A stretch of 64,000 bases of DNA, from NCBI RefSeq assembly GCF_009914755.1, contig NC_060937.1. The stretch is one strand, 5' to 3'. The stretch comes from the human T2T-CHM13v2.0 reference genome, Homo sapiens. The translations under genes and the position numbers were made by a program. The notes beneath the pieces were generated by a model. The model saw nothing but the letters and a program-made list of their open reading frames with translations, ran no database searches and had not been told where the DNA came from. Shown in pieces: positions 13,271 to 29,714 of this stretch. Each line of letters opens with the position of its first letter. Within the stretch, counting starts at the first letter, position 1.

Positions 13271-13770
13271 AAAGTCCTGTGATTCTGTTCTATTTTGCCC
13301 TGTTTTCCAGAGTTTCAGTAGTGTGATTCTATTACTTAAATGATTCTATTACTTAAATAATGAAATACACACATATATACACATACATTTGTATTTCATA
13401 TATATGTATTGAATATATGTATATATGTATTGAATACGTGTGTAAATATATATGTGTATTTCATTATTTGAGTAATAGAATCACACAGCTGAAACTCTGG
13501 AAAACAAAGCAAAAACACCAGTAAATTCATGATCCTGACATCACTAGTGCCAGTATTTTGGGGTATTTCCTTCAGGTTTCCCTCCTGAACCCCTACCTTA
13601 TTATGCATTTATCTTTGTTTAGTGGTAATCATAACTATACTTACGTTTTTTCCCTGCTTTCCCCCTCGTTATTAGTCTTCATATACATCATTTTTTTTCT
13701 TTTTTTCCTATTGAAAATATCTTTACTGTTGAGATAAAATTAGCTTATGCTTATTAATAAGATGTAGCTA

Positions 13771-14588
<818 letters not shown>

Positions 14589-16065
14589 TTACGTTGTTTT
14601 CTTTTGTGGATGAAGGGATATATGAACTATGGGAGAGCATTCCTTTTCATCTTGCTCTGTGAAAAAGAACATGTGCCAAGACTCAACATGTGGCTTCATT
14701 TTTTACCATCTAGTTTATGAGAGTTTCTTAAACTTAGCAAAGTGAACCATACCTTTTTTCTTTTAGATGCGTGACTACTGATGTTTCACTTCTGTTCATG
14801 TTTTCAAATTTAGTTCACATTTCAATAATTTTTTACTGAGGATAAAGCCATGAAGTCTGTAGGCTTGGAGTCAGTCACTGGTAATTATACCATTTGAACT
14901 CCACATAATCAGGTACATATTTGAAGCCAACAGAAAAAGTACTACAGGGTCATGTAATCCAAGTGGAAGGATGCAAAATAAAATAAATGAATGAATACAT
15001 ACATTTTGGTTATTGTTAAGGAAATGTTCAAAGATTAATATTGGGCACCATCAGGGGAGTTCTTATGTTTCAGGTGCAAGAAGTGATTCAAAATACAGAT
15101 TTCCCTCCCTGTTTGGTTCTGCTTAGAAATACTAAGAAATTTTCATTGTCTTTTCATTGTGTGTTCAACACATTGAAACAAACAAACACTAAACTCAACA
15201 ATCCCAAATATGAGTGATAATTAAAATATGTACATGATCAGATTATAGCACTGCAGAGAAGGAAGGATTACCATTACTGGCATTTTAAAACACAGTTTCA
15301 CTTCCTTTGTCCTCAAGTAGCTCCTGTGTATTGCAAGAGTGGCATATTTTCCTACTTTTCTTGGTACCCATGCTATTCAATTATTCTTGAGTAAAGGCTT
15401 ATATACAACTTGAAATTAACTGTGTGTCTTCTTGGTCTGGCTAGTTCATGAACAAGATTTGCTCTCCTCTCCCCTCTGATTTTTAAAAAAATTGTGCTAG
15501 TGCTGGTGGAGGTTTTGAGCATTGAGACGTTCTGGTCCTCCTTCAGAGGACAATACATAAGGGCTGCTGATCGCTATGCCAAAGACTAGCTCAGCTGAGT
15601 AGCAACTACCCTGCACAATGAAAGGAGCTTTGCTGGATTACAAAAGCTATCTAGAAGATACGTAAGGATGTTTTCCATTCCACTTCTTTGAAACTTCAGC
15701 TTGGTAAGGCTCTCTAGAGAGGTGGTAAGCACAAACATATCCTCTCAGTCCTATGTAATATTGAGAAGCCAGGATAGATGTTAGGAGGTGAGCCTACACA
15801 CCAGCATAAGTCACGGAGTTAACCTGCCAGAAGGTTCATACAGGGTACAATTTTAGCCTTAGAAAAATTTGGAATGCTATTTTTGATTTCCTGTTCTCTC
15901 CAGTCAGCAACCCAGTGGAAAATGCTGCCTGAGGTGATGGTTTTATAAATATTATGAACTTGCCTTTACCAAGATCTAGGAAAATGATTCAGGAGTAAGT
16001 TTAAATCTCAGCTCGAATCTGCATTCATGCAGTCTTATAAACAAAGACTAATAAGTGCAACTCTG

Positions 16066-16395
<330 letters not shown>

Positions 16396-16664
16396 CTATT
16401 TATGTATATGTCCTTAAATTAGAGAGAGTGTAGACAAGCTAGGCCTCAGAAGAACCTGGAAAAGCCCTCCCTGCCTTTCACATGGACAGTTGTGCTCAGG
16501 TGGTGTGACTTCAGAGACTCTCTGCTGACTCAGATACCCTGGTTTACCTACATCACAGACTTAGGAAAAGGTTTTATTGAGAAAGTGAATGTGCAAGGCC
16601 TTTGAAAACTATAAAACACTATGAAATATAGGGTAGAATACTTGATATAATAATTTTCTCATTT

Positions 16665-18500
16665 TCAAAAATAAAATATGAGACTACTACTTTTGGATAG
16701 AATATAGCTAGTTCTACTGCAGCAACTAGAAAAAACTGGAGAAATTACAAAAATCATATTTTTTAAAACCTGAGAGTTGTGGAAGAAACGAGTACTAGAT
16801 GAGCTAAAATTACAGAGAGGGGTAAACTGTTCCAAGGTAAGCTGATGATTGACAGTTTTCTTTGGCCCTAGGGGCATTTGTTGATCCTGGACACAGGATG
16901 AGGATTGGACTTGGTTCAGGCAGAGGGTCCTTGTGAAGGAAAGACAAACCAGCAAAGCTTTAACCAACGTGAGGCTAGTGTGATGAATTGGAAACTTGGA
17001 GTGGTTCAAACTCAGAACTGATTTTCTTCACAAGATATTTTCTGAGTTCTTGGACTTTACAAGATACCGAGGAGTGAGTCTGAAAATGTCTAAAGTAAAA
17101 TGAAACCTCCCACAGGCTTATGCTCTTAAGAAACAAGAAGCATCTAGAGGGTAGAGCCTGCTATAAGCACATGACTGTTTTCCCCATTAAGACCTTTGCC
17201 AGATGTTGAAATTTTCCGGGGCCAGGAGACTGGTGAGCTTGTTTGAAAACCTCTGAAGGGTAGAGATACATTTCTCACAATCTTTCATGATTGAGGAAAT
17301 TGATACCCACCAGACTCTCCATCAAAGGTCTGAGAGGGGTATACCCAAGGGACAGGGATGAACCAAAGATCTATGAAGTCTTACTAAAACTGTAACCAAG
17401 CCCCACCTCAATTCAATTCCTGATTGGATTAAGGTGCATAGCCTCTCACCCAGTCTGTCTAAAAGAAGGAAAAAAAAAGACACATTCTCTGGTGGAATAT
17501 AACATGGTTTGGTGGCTCCACTTTTATGCACAATGTCTGGCATAACAATTAACAATATATAGACATACAAAAGTACAAGAAAATGTGCATGATAATAAAG
17601 AGACAAAAAAGACAGCAGAACCAGACCACATGATAAAACTATTAGAATTAGTAGATAGGAACTTTAAAAATAATGTTCAAGAAAAGAAAGAGAGAGATGG
17701 AAACAACAGACGAAAATATGGAAAATTTCACCAGAGAATGAGAATCTATTAAAAATTCAAGTAGACAGTCTAGAATTGAAAAAAGCCAATATCTGAAATT
17801 AAGAGCTAAGTGAATTGGTTTAACAGCAGAAGGGACAAAGTAGAGACTAAGGTTAGTGAACTGGAAGACAGGTCAATAGAAAATACACAAACTGAAGTCC
17901 CAACTGAAGCACAGTGAGAAAAACTAATAGAAAAAAAGGTCCAACATACACATAATTATAGTCCCAGAAAAAGAGAAGAGAGAGAAAAGGGATGAAGCAA
18001 TATTTAAAAACATGATTAAATTTTTCCAAATTCAGAGGACATTAATTATAGATTTAAGAAGCTCAGAAAACTCCTAGGAGAGTAAACACAAATTTTATCT
18101 AGGGACAACACATTAAACCTGCTGAAAGTTAAATACTAAAAAAGAAAAATCTTAAAAGCATCCAGAGATAAAAGACACATCACCTGCAAAGTACAACAAT
18201 AAGACTTGCAGCTGACATCTCATCCACAGATACAGAAGTTAAAGACAATAAGATGACAACTTTAAAATAATAAAGTAAAATAACTGTCAACCAAGAATTC
18301 TATTCCTGGTGAAAATGTCCTTAAAAGGTGAAATGAACACATTTCAGACTAGCAAAAATGGAGGGAATTTGTGGCTGGTAGCCCTCACTAAAAGAAAAAC
18401 CACAAAGAGTTTTTTAAATAGAAGAAAAAAAATGATTCCAGATGAAAATAGGGAAATTCAGTGTGGAATAAAAGAAAGCACAAATGTAAGTAAATACAGG
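16665..18500 (+). mobile_element. Old L1M 5' region / degenerate ORF1
   Basis: A-rich strand with ORF1-like segments (GTTAGTGAACTGGAAGACAGGTCAATAGAAAATA; AACTGTCAACCAAGAATTCTATTCC). No intact ORF. Confidence 0.75.
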
Positions 18501-18832
18501 CCATAACAAATAAAAGTTGAGATTCAGAACCATGTTTTATATGTAGTATGCATGTCCCAAACAAACTCTAGTACAATGTCTTACACAAAGTATGTGCTCA
18601 GAAAATTTTTTCTGGATATTTTCCCCTAAAGAAATTCTGATCTAATTATAAAGGCAATTATTTAATGATATGAAATTTTTGTTGGCAGAGAGATAATAGG
18701 AGTTAGATGCTCTTCTTTAATAATTTTCTTTTTACCATTTTTCTTTCTTTTTCACTCATCCTTCATCATATTTGATATATGACTTGTACACATTTAAGTC
18801 ACATCTGATATTATTTTATTCTTAATATCCAT

Positions 18833-19193
18833 TGTATTAGTCCATTTTCATACTGCTATGAAGAAATACCTGAGATTGGATAATTTATAAAGAAAAGGAG
18901 GCTTAATGGAGTCACAGTTCCACATGGCTAGAGAGGCCTCACAATCACGGTGGAGGGTGAAGGAGAAGCAAAGGCACATCTTACATGGCGGCAGGCAAGA
19001 GAGCATGTGCCGGGGAACCGCCCTTTATAATACCATCAGATCTCATGAGACTTATTCTATTATGAGAATAGCATGGGAAAAACCTGCCCCCATGATTCAA
19101 TTACCTCCTGCTGGGTCCCTCTCATAATATATGGGGATTATGTGAGCTACAATTCAAGATGAGACTTGGGTGGGGCACAGCCAAACCATATCA
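18833..19193 (-). mobile_element. THE1-type MaLR solo LTR
   Basis: TGTATTAGTCCATTTTCATACTGCT...CAGCCAAACCATATCA, about 360 bp. Confidence 0.92.
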
Positions 19194-19934
19194 ATATAAT
19201 TTATACTTTTATAGTTTTTCTATTCTTCCTATGTCTTATGTTTTAAGGTCATACTTACTACAAAAATGGTAACTTGGTAATTATTCATTGAATCACAAAA
19301 AAGCATAAAACTATAAGAAGTAAAGCAGACCAATGCTCCATTATTCATAGTATCCTCATTAATGAGGATAACAAAGGCAAGAGTTGGAAACAAATGGAGA
19401 AGAAGAGAATATAGGCAGATAACTCAGTGAGAGTCGGATTATAAATTAGGTTTAAGTTGGAGAGAAGTAGAAGCAGAGGAACCAGGTGTGTGTGGGGGGT
19501 GTTGGGAGGGAGATAGGGTTTTGGAAAAGGATAATTAGTGATAGAAAGTATTGGGAAAGGTAAAGACTGTGATTCTAATGAGAGTTACTCAAGTTCCAGG
19601 CAGAGGATTTCATGATTGTTATTCAACACTGCTTAGCATTTGTTCTGTTTGAAAAGTGAAGAAACTGCATTGTGCAGCCTGTGGATTCTTTTAAGGGAAT
19701 CGTCATCCATCACAAGGGTTGCTCACCATGCTTAGAGTAACACTCAACTCCTGAGCAAGGCTTATATGGTACTACGAGATATGGTCCATGTCTATCTCCG
19801 ACTCATTTCACACGACTGGGCTCCTCACTTATTCTGCCACTGCTATTTCTTTCTATTCTTTGATCATTTCAAGCTCATTCCTGCCTCATGGTCTTTGTGC
19901 TCAGTAATCCCTCCACTGGAATTACCTTTACAAA

Positions 19935-20295
19935 GGTTCCCCTGTTAACCATGGGCCATACATTTCAAGACACCCAGTGGATGCCTGACCCCGTGGATAG
20001 TACCAAACCCTACATATACTCATGTTTTCTGATAACCAAGATGGCTACGAGTGACTAATGGGTGGGGAGTGTATACAGCATGCATCTGCTGGGCAAGGGG
20101 ATGACTCATGCCTCAGGCGGAATGGAGCAGGACAGCACAAGAGTTCATCATGCTACTCAGAATGGTGCATGCAATTTAAAACTCATGAATTGTTTATTTC
20201 TGGATTTTTCCATTTAATATTTTCAGACTTCAGATGTCAGCGGGTGGTGGAAACTGCAGAAAGTGAAACCTGGGATAAGGGTGGACGACTATACT
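19935..20295. mobile_element. Tigger-derived non-autonomous DNA transposon (MER2B/MER46C-like) inserted in an L2
   Basis: CCCAGTGGATGCCTGA...GGATAGTACCAAACCC...GAAAGTGAAACC..GGATAAGGG. L2-like sequence on both sides (about 19690-19930 and 20300-20520). Confidence 0.7.
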
Positions 20296-20629
20296 GAAAT
20301 CTTAGCAAGGCCAGCTCCTTTTTGTCATTCAAGTCTCAATTTAAGTGTCATCTTCTCAGAAAGCCCTAGAAAGCAAAGCTTCAGCCCCTTCCACAGCACT
20401 GTTTTATTTTCCTAATAGCACTCAGTACTATCTAGAATTATCCTGTTGACTTGCTTATTGTTTCTCTCCACAAAATGTAAGCTCCACAACAGCGAGGTCC
20501 TTGCCTGTCTTATCATTGTAAATATGTCAGCCAGTAAAAATTATTATAACTAGTTAGATATATAATAATTATATTACAATTAATTTAATATATAATACTT
20601 ATAATATTATGAAGGAAAATAGTGATAGT

Positions 20630-21620
20630 AGGTGATAGGTGAAGGATTATTTTAGAGTGATCAAAGCAAACCTCTCTGAGCAGTCACAATTCCATAGAGA
20701 GCTTACTGAAGCCAGGGAAAAAGGCATGGACAGTTGAGGGAAAAGCAATCCCCCAGTAGGTCTGCTAGCAGATGGAAACGTTCCAGATCTTGAGAAAAAA
20801 CAGGGAGACCCATTTTGCAGGAGTAGTGTGAACACGTGAGATGGTGGTAGGAGATGGAATGATAGCGGGAGGTGGAGTCAGCTAGTGAATGCTCTTGTAG
20901 GTAATCCGGTATGAGGGTAACAGAGCGATAGACTGGGCTTATGTTGTGTGGCATGTGGGTTTGACGCCTATCCAGGGAGACTGTGAGGAAGTCACTGCAG
21001 TAATCCACAGGGGGAGATGCTGGTGGCTAGAGCCACCATGGGATCAGAGAAGATGGCAGAACATGGTTGGACTTTGGATCTTCTTTGAAAGCAGAACTGT
21101 TGGGGTTTGCATGGGTGGCTGAGTGGATGCGGTGCTGTTTGCTGAGACAGGGAACACCTGCAGCCCAGGTTTCTGGGGAGAGAGGCTGTGGAGATGCAAG
21201 AGCTCCAGGTATGTATTGTTGGGTTTTGCAGGTCTCCTAGAATATGGAGCGGAGGTGTCAGGGAAGCAGCTGGGTAAACACTGGAGTAGGGAAGGGCTAG
21301 AGATGTAGTTTGGGAAGCCTCAGTGAGTGGATGGCATGTAAAGCTTTGGGAGTAGATGAAATCTGGGAAGTGAGTATAGGGAAAAGAAGAACCCTGAAAA
21401 CAGAGCTGTTGGATACTCCAAATGCTGGATATTGAGAAGAAGATGCAGCCAAGGAAACGGAAAAAACGATCTGTGATGTAGGAGTAAAACCTAGAATGTG
21501 TTCATCTGTCATAGATGACAGATGAAAAAATAAGCATATGAAAGCCAAGAGAGGGATTAAGTCTGCCAAATTCTGCTGAGAGGTCAATTGAGTAGGTTGA
21601 GAACTGACCCTGGATGTACG
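20630..21620 (-). mobile_element. L2 fragment
   Basis: Purine-rich degenerate antisense L2 segments (GCAGTAATCCA...GATGCTGGTGGCT; TTGGACTTTGGATCTTCTTTGAAAGCAGAAC). Confidence 0.6.
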
Positions 21621-21864
21621 TAGTTGGACATTAATTTCAGGAGATGATGGCAGTACCAGTGAAAAGCAGTTTGTTCCTACTCATCCTTGGAGAATACTGG
21701 GAGCATCCCACTAACTTCAAAAGAGAAGCAAATATTAAAGATGTCTTTGCAAAAAAGTAAGAAAGTCTTCTCCGCTCACATGTTCAGTGGAAGCTAGCTA
21801 CGTAATAGATTAAAAAAAACTGCTTTAACTCATTCTTACATTCCAGTGGACTAAGTAGCAGAGA

Positions 21865-22080
21865 ACACAGGCTATGGTGTTGAAAGATCTGTGTTAGAAT
21901 CCTGCCCATTACTTCCTAGCTGTGTGACTTTGGTCAAGCATCTTAACCTCTCAAAGCCCCAGTTTCCTCAGCTTTAACTAATAGAGATAACAATGTTGAA
22001 CTTGTAGTGTAATGAAGTTAAATGAAATATGTGAAGTTCTTTTACATAGTGTGTATTTGATAAATATAATTGTTGTTAAT
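21865..22080 (+). mobile_element. MIR
   Basis: Core ACTTCCTAGCTGTGTGACTTTGGTCAAG...CAGTTTCCTCA. Confidence 0.75.
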
Positions 22081-22624
22081 ATTATTATTTATGCCCCATC
22101 TATATTATGAAAGTAGGAAAAGTTAAAATGGGTTATGCTGGAGTGAGACCAAAAGAAGAGTGAAGTGCAATGGAAATGAAGAGGCAAATGAAGAGGAGGA
22201 GGTCACATCAGGAAGCTGGGCAGCTTTACTGGCCATCAGGCTGGACTCAGAGAGGGAGATGGGACAGTTTGAACCAGCAATGTGATGTAATATGGGGACA
22301 GTGATAAGTGAAGAAAATCCCAGGGCTTTGTCAGCCATCTTTTTTGACAGGAGAAATAGAGAGAGGCTAGAAAGTAAAATGACCAGGAAAAAAAAAGCCA
22401 GACATGGCTGAGGAAAGACAAGAGTTACAGTGGAAAGCTGGAAAGCAGCAGACCTTGCCAAGCTCCCCAAAGGCCTGATGAGTTTGTCTTCACATTTTCG
22501 GAGATGTATCCATGCACACACCTGGGGTATGTGGGGGAAAGTGCTCCCTAATTATGTCATTTTCTGCAGTTGCTCACAAGATCTTTGCATCAGGCATGGT
22601 ACTTCCATGCCTTTCAGACAGGAA

Positions 22625-23420
22625 TATGTAATAATAGTGAAAAGTTAAACTTTATTATTTTTGTAAATAAATAACACATTCAATAAAGTGTATTAGTGAA
22701 AATTCTCCCTCCCACGCCTTGTCCCCCAGCTATGCAATTTTCTTTTCCAAAGGTAGCCAATGCTGTTGTAATTGTTTCTTATATATGTTTCTGGAGATAT
22801 TACTGATATGTATAAATATAAAAGGTTTCTCCTTAGGATACAAATAAGGCATGCCATATACACTCTTCTGGAATGTATTTTTTCCTTAATATTCTTTGAC
22901 AATTAATCCCTACCACTATCCAAAAAGCTTCCCTATTTTTTCTTTTAACAAGCTACATAAGATTCTATTTTATAGGTTTACTGTAATTCACTTAATCAGT
23001 CATTCTGGATGGACACACAGCTGTTTGCAATCTTTCGCTACTGTATAGAGTGCCACAGTGTGGAATCTTTGGCACATAAAAGTCTGCATATGCATGCATA
23101 GACATATATAACGTAAATTCTAGAAGAGAAATTGCTGAGTCCAAGGGTCCATGTACTTGGAATTTTAATAGATTTTACCAAAGTGCTCTTCATAAAGACT
23201 GTGTCAATTTAATCTCCATTAGTAGTATATTAGAGTGCCTGATTTCCCAAACTCTAACACATATTGTTTTATATAACTTTTTAATATTTGTCAAATTTAT
23301 AGGCTAAAAATGGTATATTGATGTAATTTTATTTTGCATTTCTTTTATTATGAACAGAGTTAAGCATAGTTATTAATGTTTAAGAAATGTTTGTATTTCC
23401 TTTTCTGTAAACTGATTATT
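22625..23420 (-). mobile_element. Old L1 (L1ME-like) 3' part; appears to resume at about 27477, 28140-28925 and 29405-29640
   Basis: T-rich antisense L1 motifs (TCTAGAAGAGAAATTGCTGAGTC; TGGTATATTGATGTAATTTTATTTTGCATTTC). Confidence 0.6.
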
Positions 23421-23540
23421 CTATTCTATTGTTGATATTTTTTTCTTTCAGCACTTTAAATATTTCATTCCACTCTTTTCTTGCTTGCATGGTTTCTGAA
23501 GATAAGTCTGATGTAATTCTTAACCTTGTTCTTCTATAGG

Positions 23541-25873
23541 TGTCCACTTTCTGTTGCTATAACAGAATACCTGAGACTGAGTAATTTATAAAGAAAAGAG
23601 GTTTATTTAGCTCATGATTCTGGAGGCTGGGAGGTCCAAGATTGGGCATCTACATCTGCTCAGTTTCTGAAGAGGGCTTCATGCTGTGTAATAACATGGT
23701 GGACCATGGGTGCATGCAAAGAGAAAGATGAAGCTGGCTGACCTGTTTTGTAACAACCTGCTCTTGAAAGAACTAATCCAGTCTCTTGAGAACCGCATTA
23801 ATCCCTTCATGAGGGCAGAGCCCCCATGACTCAAACACCTCTTAACGGCTCCATTACCTCTCAGTACTGTTATGTTGGGAATTTAATTTCAGCATTAATT
23901 TTAGAGGGGACAAACCACTTCCATAGTATTCTGCCCCTGGACCCCCAAAACTCACATACTTCTCACGTGCAAAATACAATCATTCCATCTCAATAGTACC
24001 ATAAATCTTAATGTGTTCCAGCATTAACTCAAAAGTCCAAAGTCTCATCTGAGACTAAAGCAGACTGCTTCCAGCTGTGAGCCTGTAAAATCAAAACAAA
24101 TTATCTACTTCCAAACTACAATGGTGAGATAGGCATGGGGTAGACATTCCCCTTCTAAAAGGAAGAGGTAGGCAGGAAGAAGGGAGTAACAGGCCCCAAG
24201 CAAGCCCCAAATCCAGCAGGGAAGACATTAAATTTTTAAAGCTCCAGAATAGTCTTTCACACCATATGTCACCTCTTGGACACACTGGGGTTGGGGTAAA
24301 CTCCTGAGTCTTCAGGCAGCCCCACCGCTATGGCTTTGCTGGGTACAGACTATGTGGCCACTCTCCCAGTGCCTGTAACTGTCTCAGGCAGGTGTTGCAT
24401 GCTGCTGGTGGCTCAACAGTTCTGGGGTCCCAGTGGCAGCCCCACTCCCATGGTTCTACTAGGCATTGACATGGTGGGAACTCTGTGGCAGCTCTACCTC
24501 TGTGGCAAGTTTCTGCTGGTCCCGTGGGCTTTCTGTGACATCCTTTGAGATCTAGGTGGAGAAAACCATGCCTCCAAAGCTCTTGTATTCTGCACACCTG
24601 CAGAGTTAGCACCACATGGACACCACCAAGGCTTATGGTGTGTGCCCTCTTGAGCAGTGGCCCGAATTACACCTGGGGTCATGTGAGCCTTGCCAGGGCA
24701 AGGACTGCTTCCCTGGGATGTGGGGAACAGTCTGGAGGTGGCCCTAGGCAGCAAGCCTGTTCTGCCCTCAAGGCCCTAAGGTTCTGAGTCCAAGATGAGA
24801 GGAGCAGCCTCAAAGATCTTTATAATGCCTTCAGGACCATTCTCCCATTGTCCTGATGAGCAAAACCTAGCTTCTTTCTGTCTGCTAATCTTTTTAGCAA
24901 ACAATAGTCTGGCTGCATCTTTGTATTGACTTTTTGCTCCCTACATGGCCACACTGAATTTTCCAAATCTTTACACTCTGCTTTCCCCTGCTCCTGTAAC
25001 TCACTGTAAGTGGCCAGAAGTAACCATGCAGTATCTTGAGCACTTTCCTGCTTAGCTATTTCTTCCACCAGATATTCTAGTTGTCTCTCTTAAATTCCGC
25101 CTTCCATAAAGCCCTAGGGCATAAAAACAATGCAGCCAAGTTCTCTGCAACTGAATAACAAGGATGCCTTTATTCCAGGTTCCAATACCTTGTTCCTCAT
25201 TTCCATCTGAGACCTCATCAGAATGGTTCTTCCTGTCCATATTTCTATCAGAATTCTGGTCACAACCACTTAAATAATCTCTAAGAAGTTCCAGACTTTC
25301 CCTAGTCTTTGTCTTCTTCTGATCCCTCACTAGAATCTCCCTCAATGCTCTGCTCACAGTATAGGGTTTTTCTAGCCGACTCCTTCAAATTCTAGACACT
25401 ACACATTACCTGGTTCCAAAGCTGCTTTTACATTTCCAGGCATTTGTTATAGCATCAACCCCAATGTTGTTACCAATTTTCTGTCTTAGTTCGTTTTCTG
25501 TTGCTGTAACAGAATACCACAGACTGAGTACTTTACAAAGGAAAAAGGTTGCTTTAGTTTATAATTTTGGAGGTTGGGCAGCTAAATTTGGTCAGCTTCT
25601 GGTGTGGGCCACCCGCTGCATCATGCATGGTGGAGAAGTGAAGGGGGAGGCAGGTGCGTGCAAAGAGAAAGACGAAGTGGGCCAACCCACCTTATAACAA
25701 CCTACTCTTGAGAGAACTAACCCAGTCCCAGGAGAACTGCATTAATCCCTTTGTGAGGGCGAAGTCCCTATGACTCACCTCTTAAAGGTCCTATTACCTC
25801 TCCATACTGTTGACATTGGCAATTAAATTTCAACATGAGTTTTGGTAGAGACAAACCACATCCAAACCATAGC
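23541..25873 (-). mobile_element. Two-LTR MaLR element (MST/MLT1A-like): LTR ~23541-23925, internal ~23926-25480, LTR ~25481-25873
   Basis: Two homologous LTRs (TTCTGTTGCT.TAACAGAATACC..AGACTGAGTA...GCATTAATCCCTT..TGAGGGC...GACAAACCAC) flank a MaLR-type internal region. Imperfect TSD ATAGG/ATAGT. Confidence 0.88.
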
Positions 25874-27476
25874 AATAGTAAAGGTGTCCCCTGCTCCCCT
25901 CCTCCACCTTAGCTTCTTTCAAGATATTCTCTTTATTTTTGACTGTCTGCAGTTTGAATATATGCCCGGGTGTAATTTTTTTGGTATTTATCCTGCTTAG
26001 AGGTCTCTGAGCTTCCTAGTTGATGGATTGGAGTCTATAATTACTTTTGAAAAATTCTCAACTATTATTACTTCCAATTTTCTTCCATTTATTTTTCTTT
26101 TCTTTCTGGCATACCCATTAGAATATTTATACTTTTTATAATTGTCTCACAGTTCTTTCATATTCTGATCTATTTTTTCAATCTTTAAAAAAATCTTTGG
26201 ATTTTAGCTTGAGAAGTTTCTGTTGACATATCTTCAAGCTCCCTAATCACCTAATCACTTTTTCAGCTGTGTCCAGTTTACTGACAATCTCATCAAAGGC
26301 ATTCTTCATTTCTGCTATAGTCATTTTGATTTCTACCACTTCTTTTAGATTCTTCCCTTTAGTTTCCATCTCTCTGTTGACCTTACCTATCTATTCTTGC
26401 ATATTGTCCACTTTTTCCATTAGAGACTTTAGCAAATTAATCATTGTTATTTTAAGTTTTCAGTGTGATAATTCCAAAATCTCTGCTGTTTTTGAGTCTA
26501 GTTCTTGTTTGTTTTGTCTCTTCAGACTGTACTTTTTTGCCGTTTAGCATGTCTTATAATTTTTTGTTGAAAGCTAAACATGATATATTGAATAAAAGTG
26601 ACTGAGGTAGATAGGTCTTTAGTGTGAGGTTTTATATTTATCTGGCTAGGGGTTAGGCTGTGTTTACTCTTTGCTGTAGCTGTAGGTGTCAGAGGCTAAA
26701 ATGTCCTCTGATGTCCTTGTTTCAGTCTGCTCTGTTGTCTTTGGGATTCCCTCGAGATTCCTGGTGTCTGAGTCTTGCAGTTCTTTTAGTTCTAGTGTAG
26801 TTTAGTTTAGTTCTAGTGATGTAGTGGTAAGGTGTGAGGAGACGTGTTATAGATTACTATGATTAGGGCACAGTCTGTTAGTCAGCCTGGGCTGGGTATT
26901 TCCCTATCTCCACGCTGAAGGCTAGAAGGGGCTGGAGTTGTATATTTCCCCTTCTCCAGGTTGGTTAGGCTCTGCTCAAATAGTTTTCCTTGAGGGCAGG
27001 CCTTGCTAAGAAGAGAGAACCCTGGGCATATTTCAAAATGGTCACTTTTCCTTTCTTCTTGAGGGATGTAGAAGAGGATTTTTCTCAGATCTTCACAGGG
27101 AGAACCTGGTAGGGTTCCTGAAGGTAAAACTCAGGAAAGTGTGGGGACTCCTGTAAGAAAATTCATAGGAGAGTTTTTCGATGAATTCTTAACTCTCAAG
27201 CTTGTCACAATGAGCCTCCAGCAATTACAGTTTAAAGTGTTCCTACCGATACCAGCTCCAGCTGTGGGCTCCTACTCTTCTGCTTCTGCTCTGGTAAGCT
27301 GTGATTCTCTGTATCTGCCTGTCTGCCTCTCCAATTTTCAAGGCAGCAGTTTCTCCTATGACCTTAATTCTTGATGGATCTAAGAAGAGTTCTTGATTTT
27401 CAGTTCATTCATCTTTTTCCTTGTGTGCATGGGAATGATGACTTCCAAGCACTTAACATGTTGGATCAGACACCAA
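25874..27476 (-). mobile_element. L1M 5'-region fragment (continues 23420-23540 across the MaLR insertion)
   Basis: Antisense L1M motifs on both sides of the MaLR, with an L1M 5'-end-like terminus GAATGATGACTTCCAAGC. Confidence 0.65.
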
Positions 27477-27589
27477 CTTTTCTTATTGATTTGTAGGAGC
27501 TTTACATAAACGGGGTCAGATGAGTGCACATATAAAAATATATATATGCTCACATACACACAGACACAGATACACACACACATATATCA

Positions 27590-28136
<547 letters not shown>

Positions 28137-28929
28137 GCCAGCCAGCTTTTTATATATTAGAAAAATGAGTCCTTTATATGAGATGCATTTTTTCCATTTC
28201 ATCATTTATCTTTTGAATTCATGTTTTTCTCCCACGCAGTTAAAAATTTGTGTGTGTGTGTGTGGTTGCATTTATCAATATTCTCTTTTAGGCATTTGGA
28301 TTCTATGACACATTTAAAAAGGCCTTCACAATTCAGATCATAAGGAAATTCTTCCATTGTTTCCTTTAGGACTTGTTATAGTTGTATTTTTTACATTTAA
28401 AATATTTGCATTTGGGTTTTATCCTCATGTAAGTATGAAGAATAAACACTATTTGTGTTTTTTAGTTGTTTATTCTGTTGTTTCAAAACCGTTTACTCAT
28501 AGTTCACTTTTTCCCATTAGTTGATAATCATATATAAAATTCTAATATGTATTTGGATCTATGTAATTTCTATTCTGTTATTGCTTTATCTGTTTATTCA
28601 TAGGCTAATACAAATAATTCATATGACACTGTTCTAATTATTATAGCTTTAAAAAATATTTTAAAATATTGTATGGCTAGTTACCCCTTAATTTTTCTTG
28701 TTAAAAAAATTTCTTGTCAATTTTAATTTATTTTTCCATATTACCTGTAGCATCAGTGTATCTAATTTTAAACATCTTGGCATTTTTATTGTTATTGTGG
28801 TTAGATTAATTTAGGAAGGATTATATATTTATGAAATTGAATTTTTCTATCTAAGGACATGATATGCCTTTCAATTTGTTCAGGGCATCTTTTGTATTCC
28901 AAGAAATATCTTAAAATATTTCTTGGTCA

Positions 28930-29402
<473 letters not shown>

Positions 29403-29714
29403 TTTTTTTTTTCTTCATATAGATCTTGTACATTTTTTTGTTGTTAATTCTGCTCCTGGGGATCTTATGTCTCCTTTCCTTCCTTCCTTCACTTTCCTTT
29501 CCTTTTTAAAAAACCTATTGTAACTGGGGTCTTTTCCTTCCTTCATTTTGTCTTCTAACTGGTTGTTGTTCATATACACTCAGTGTAACTGGTTGTTGAT
29601 ATATACAAGTATATATGCCCATCATTTATTTCTGTGTATTTTGAGAAGACATCCTATTAAACAATTTAAAAGTATATGCCTGTTATAATCGAGGGCAGTG
29701 TTACACAATGAGGG

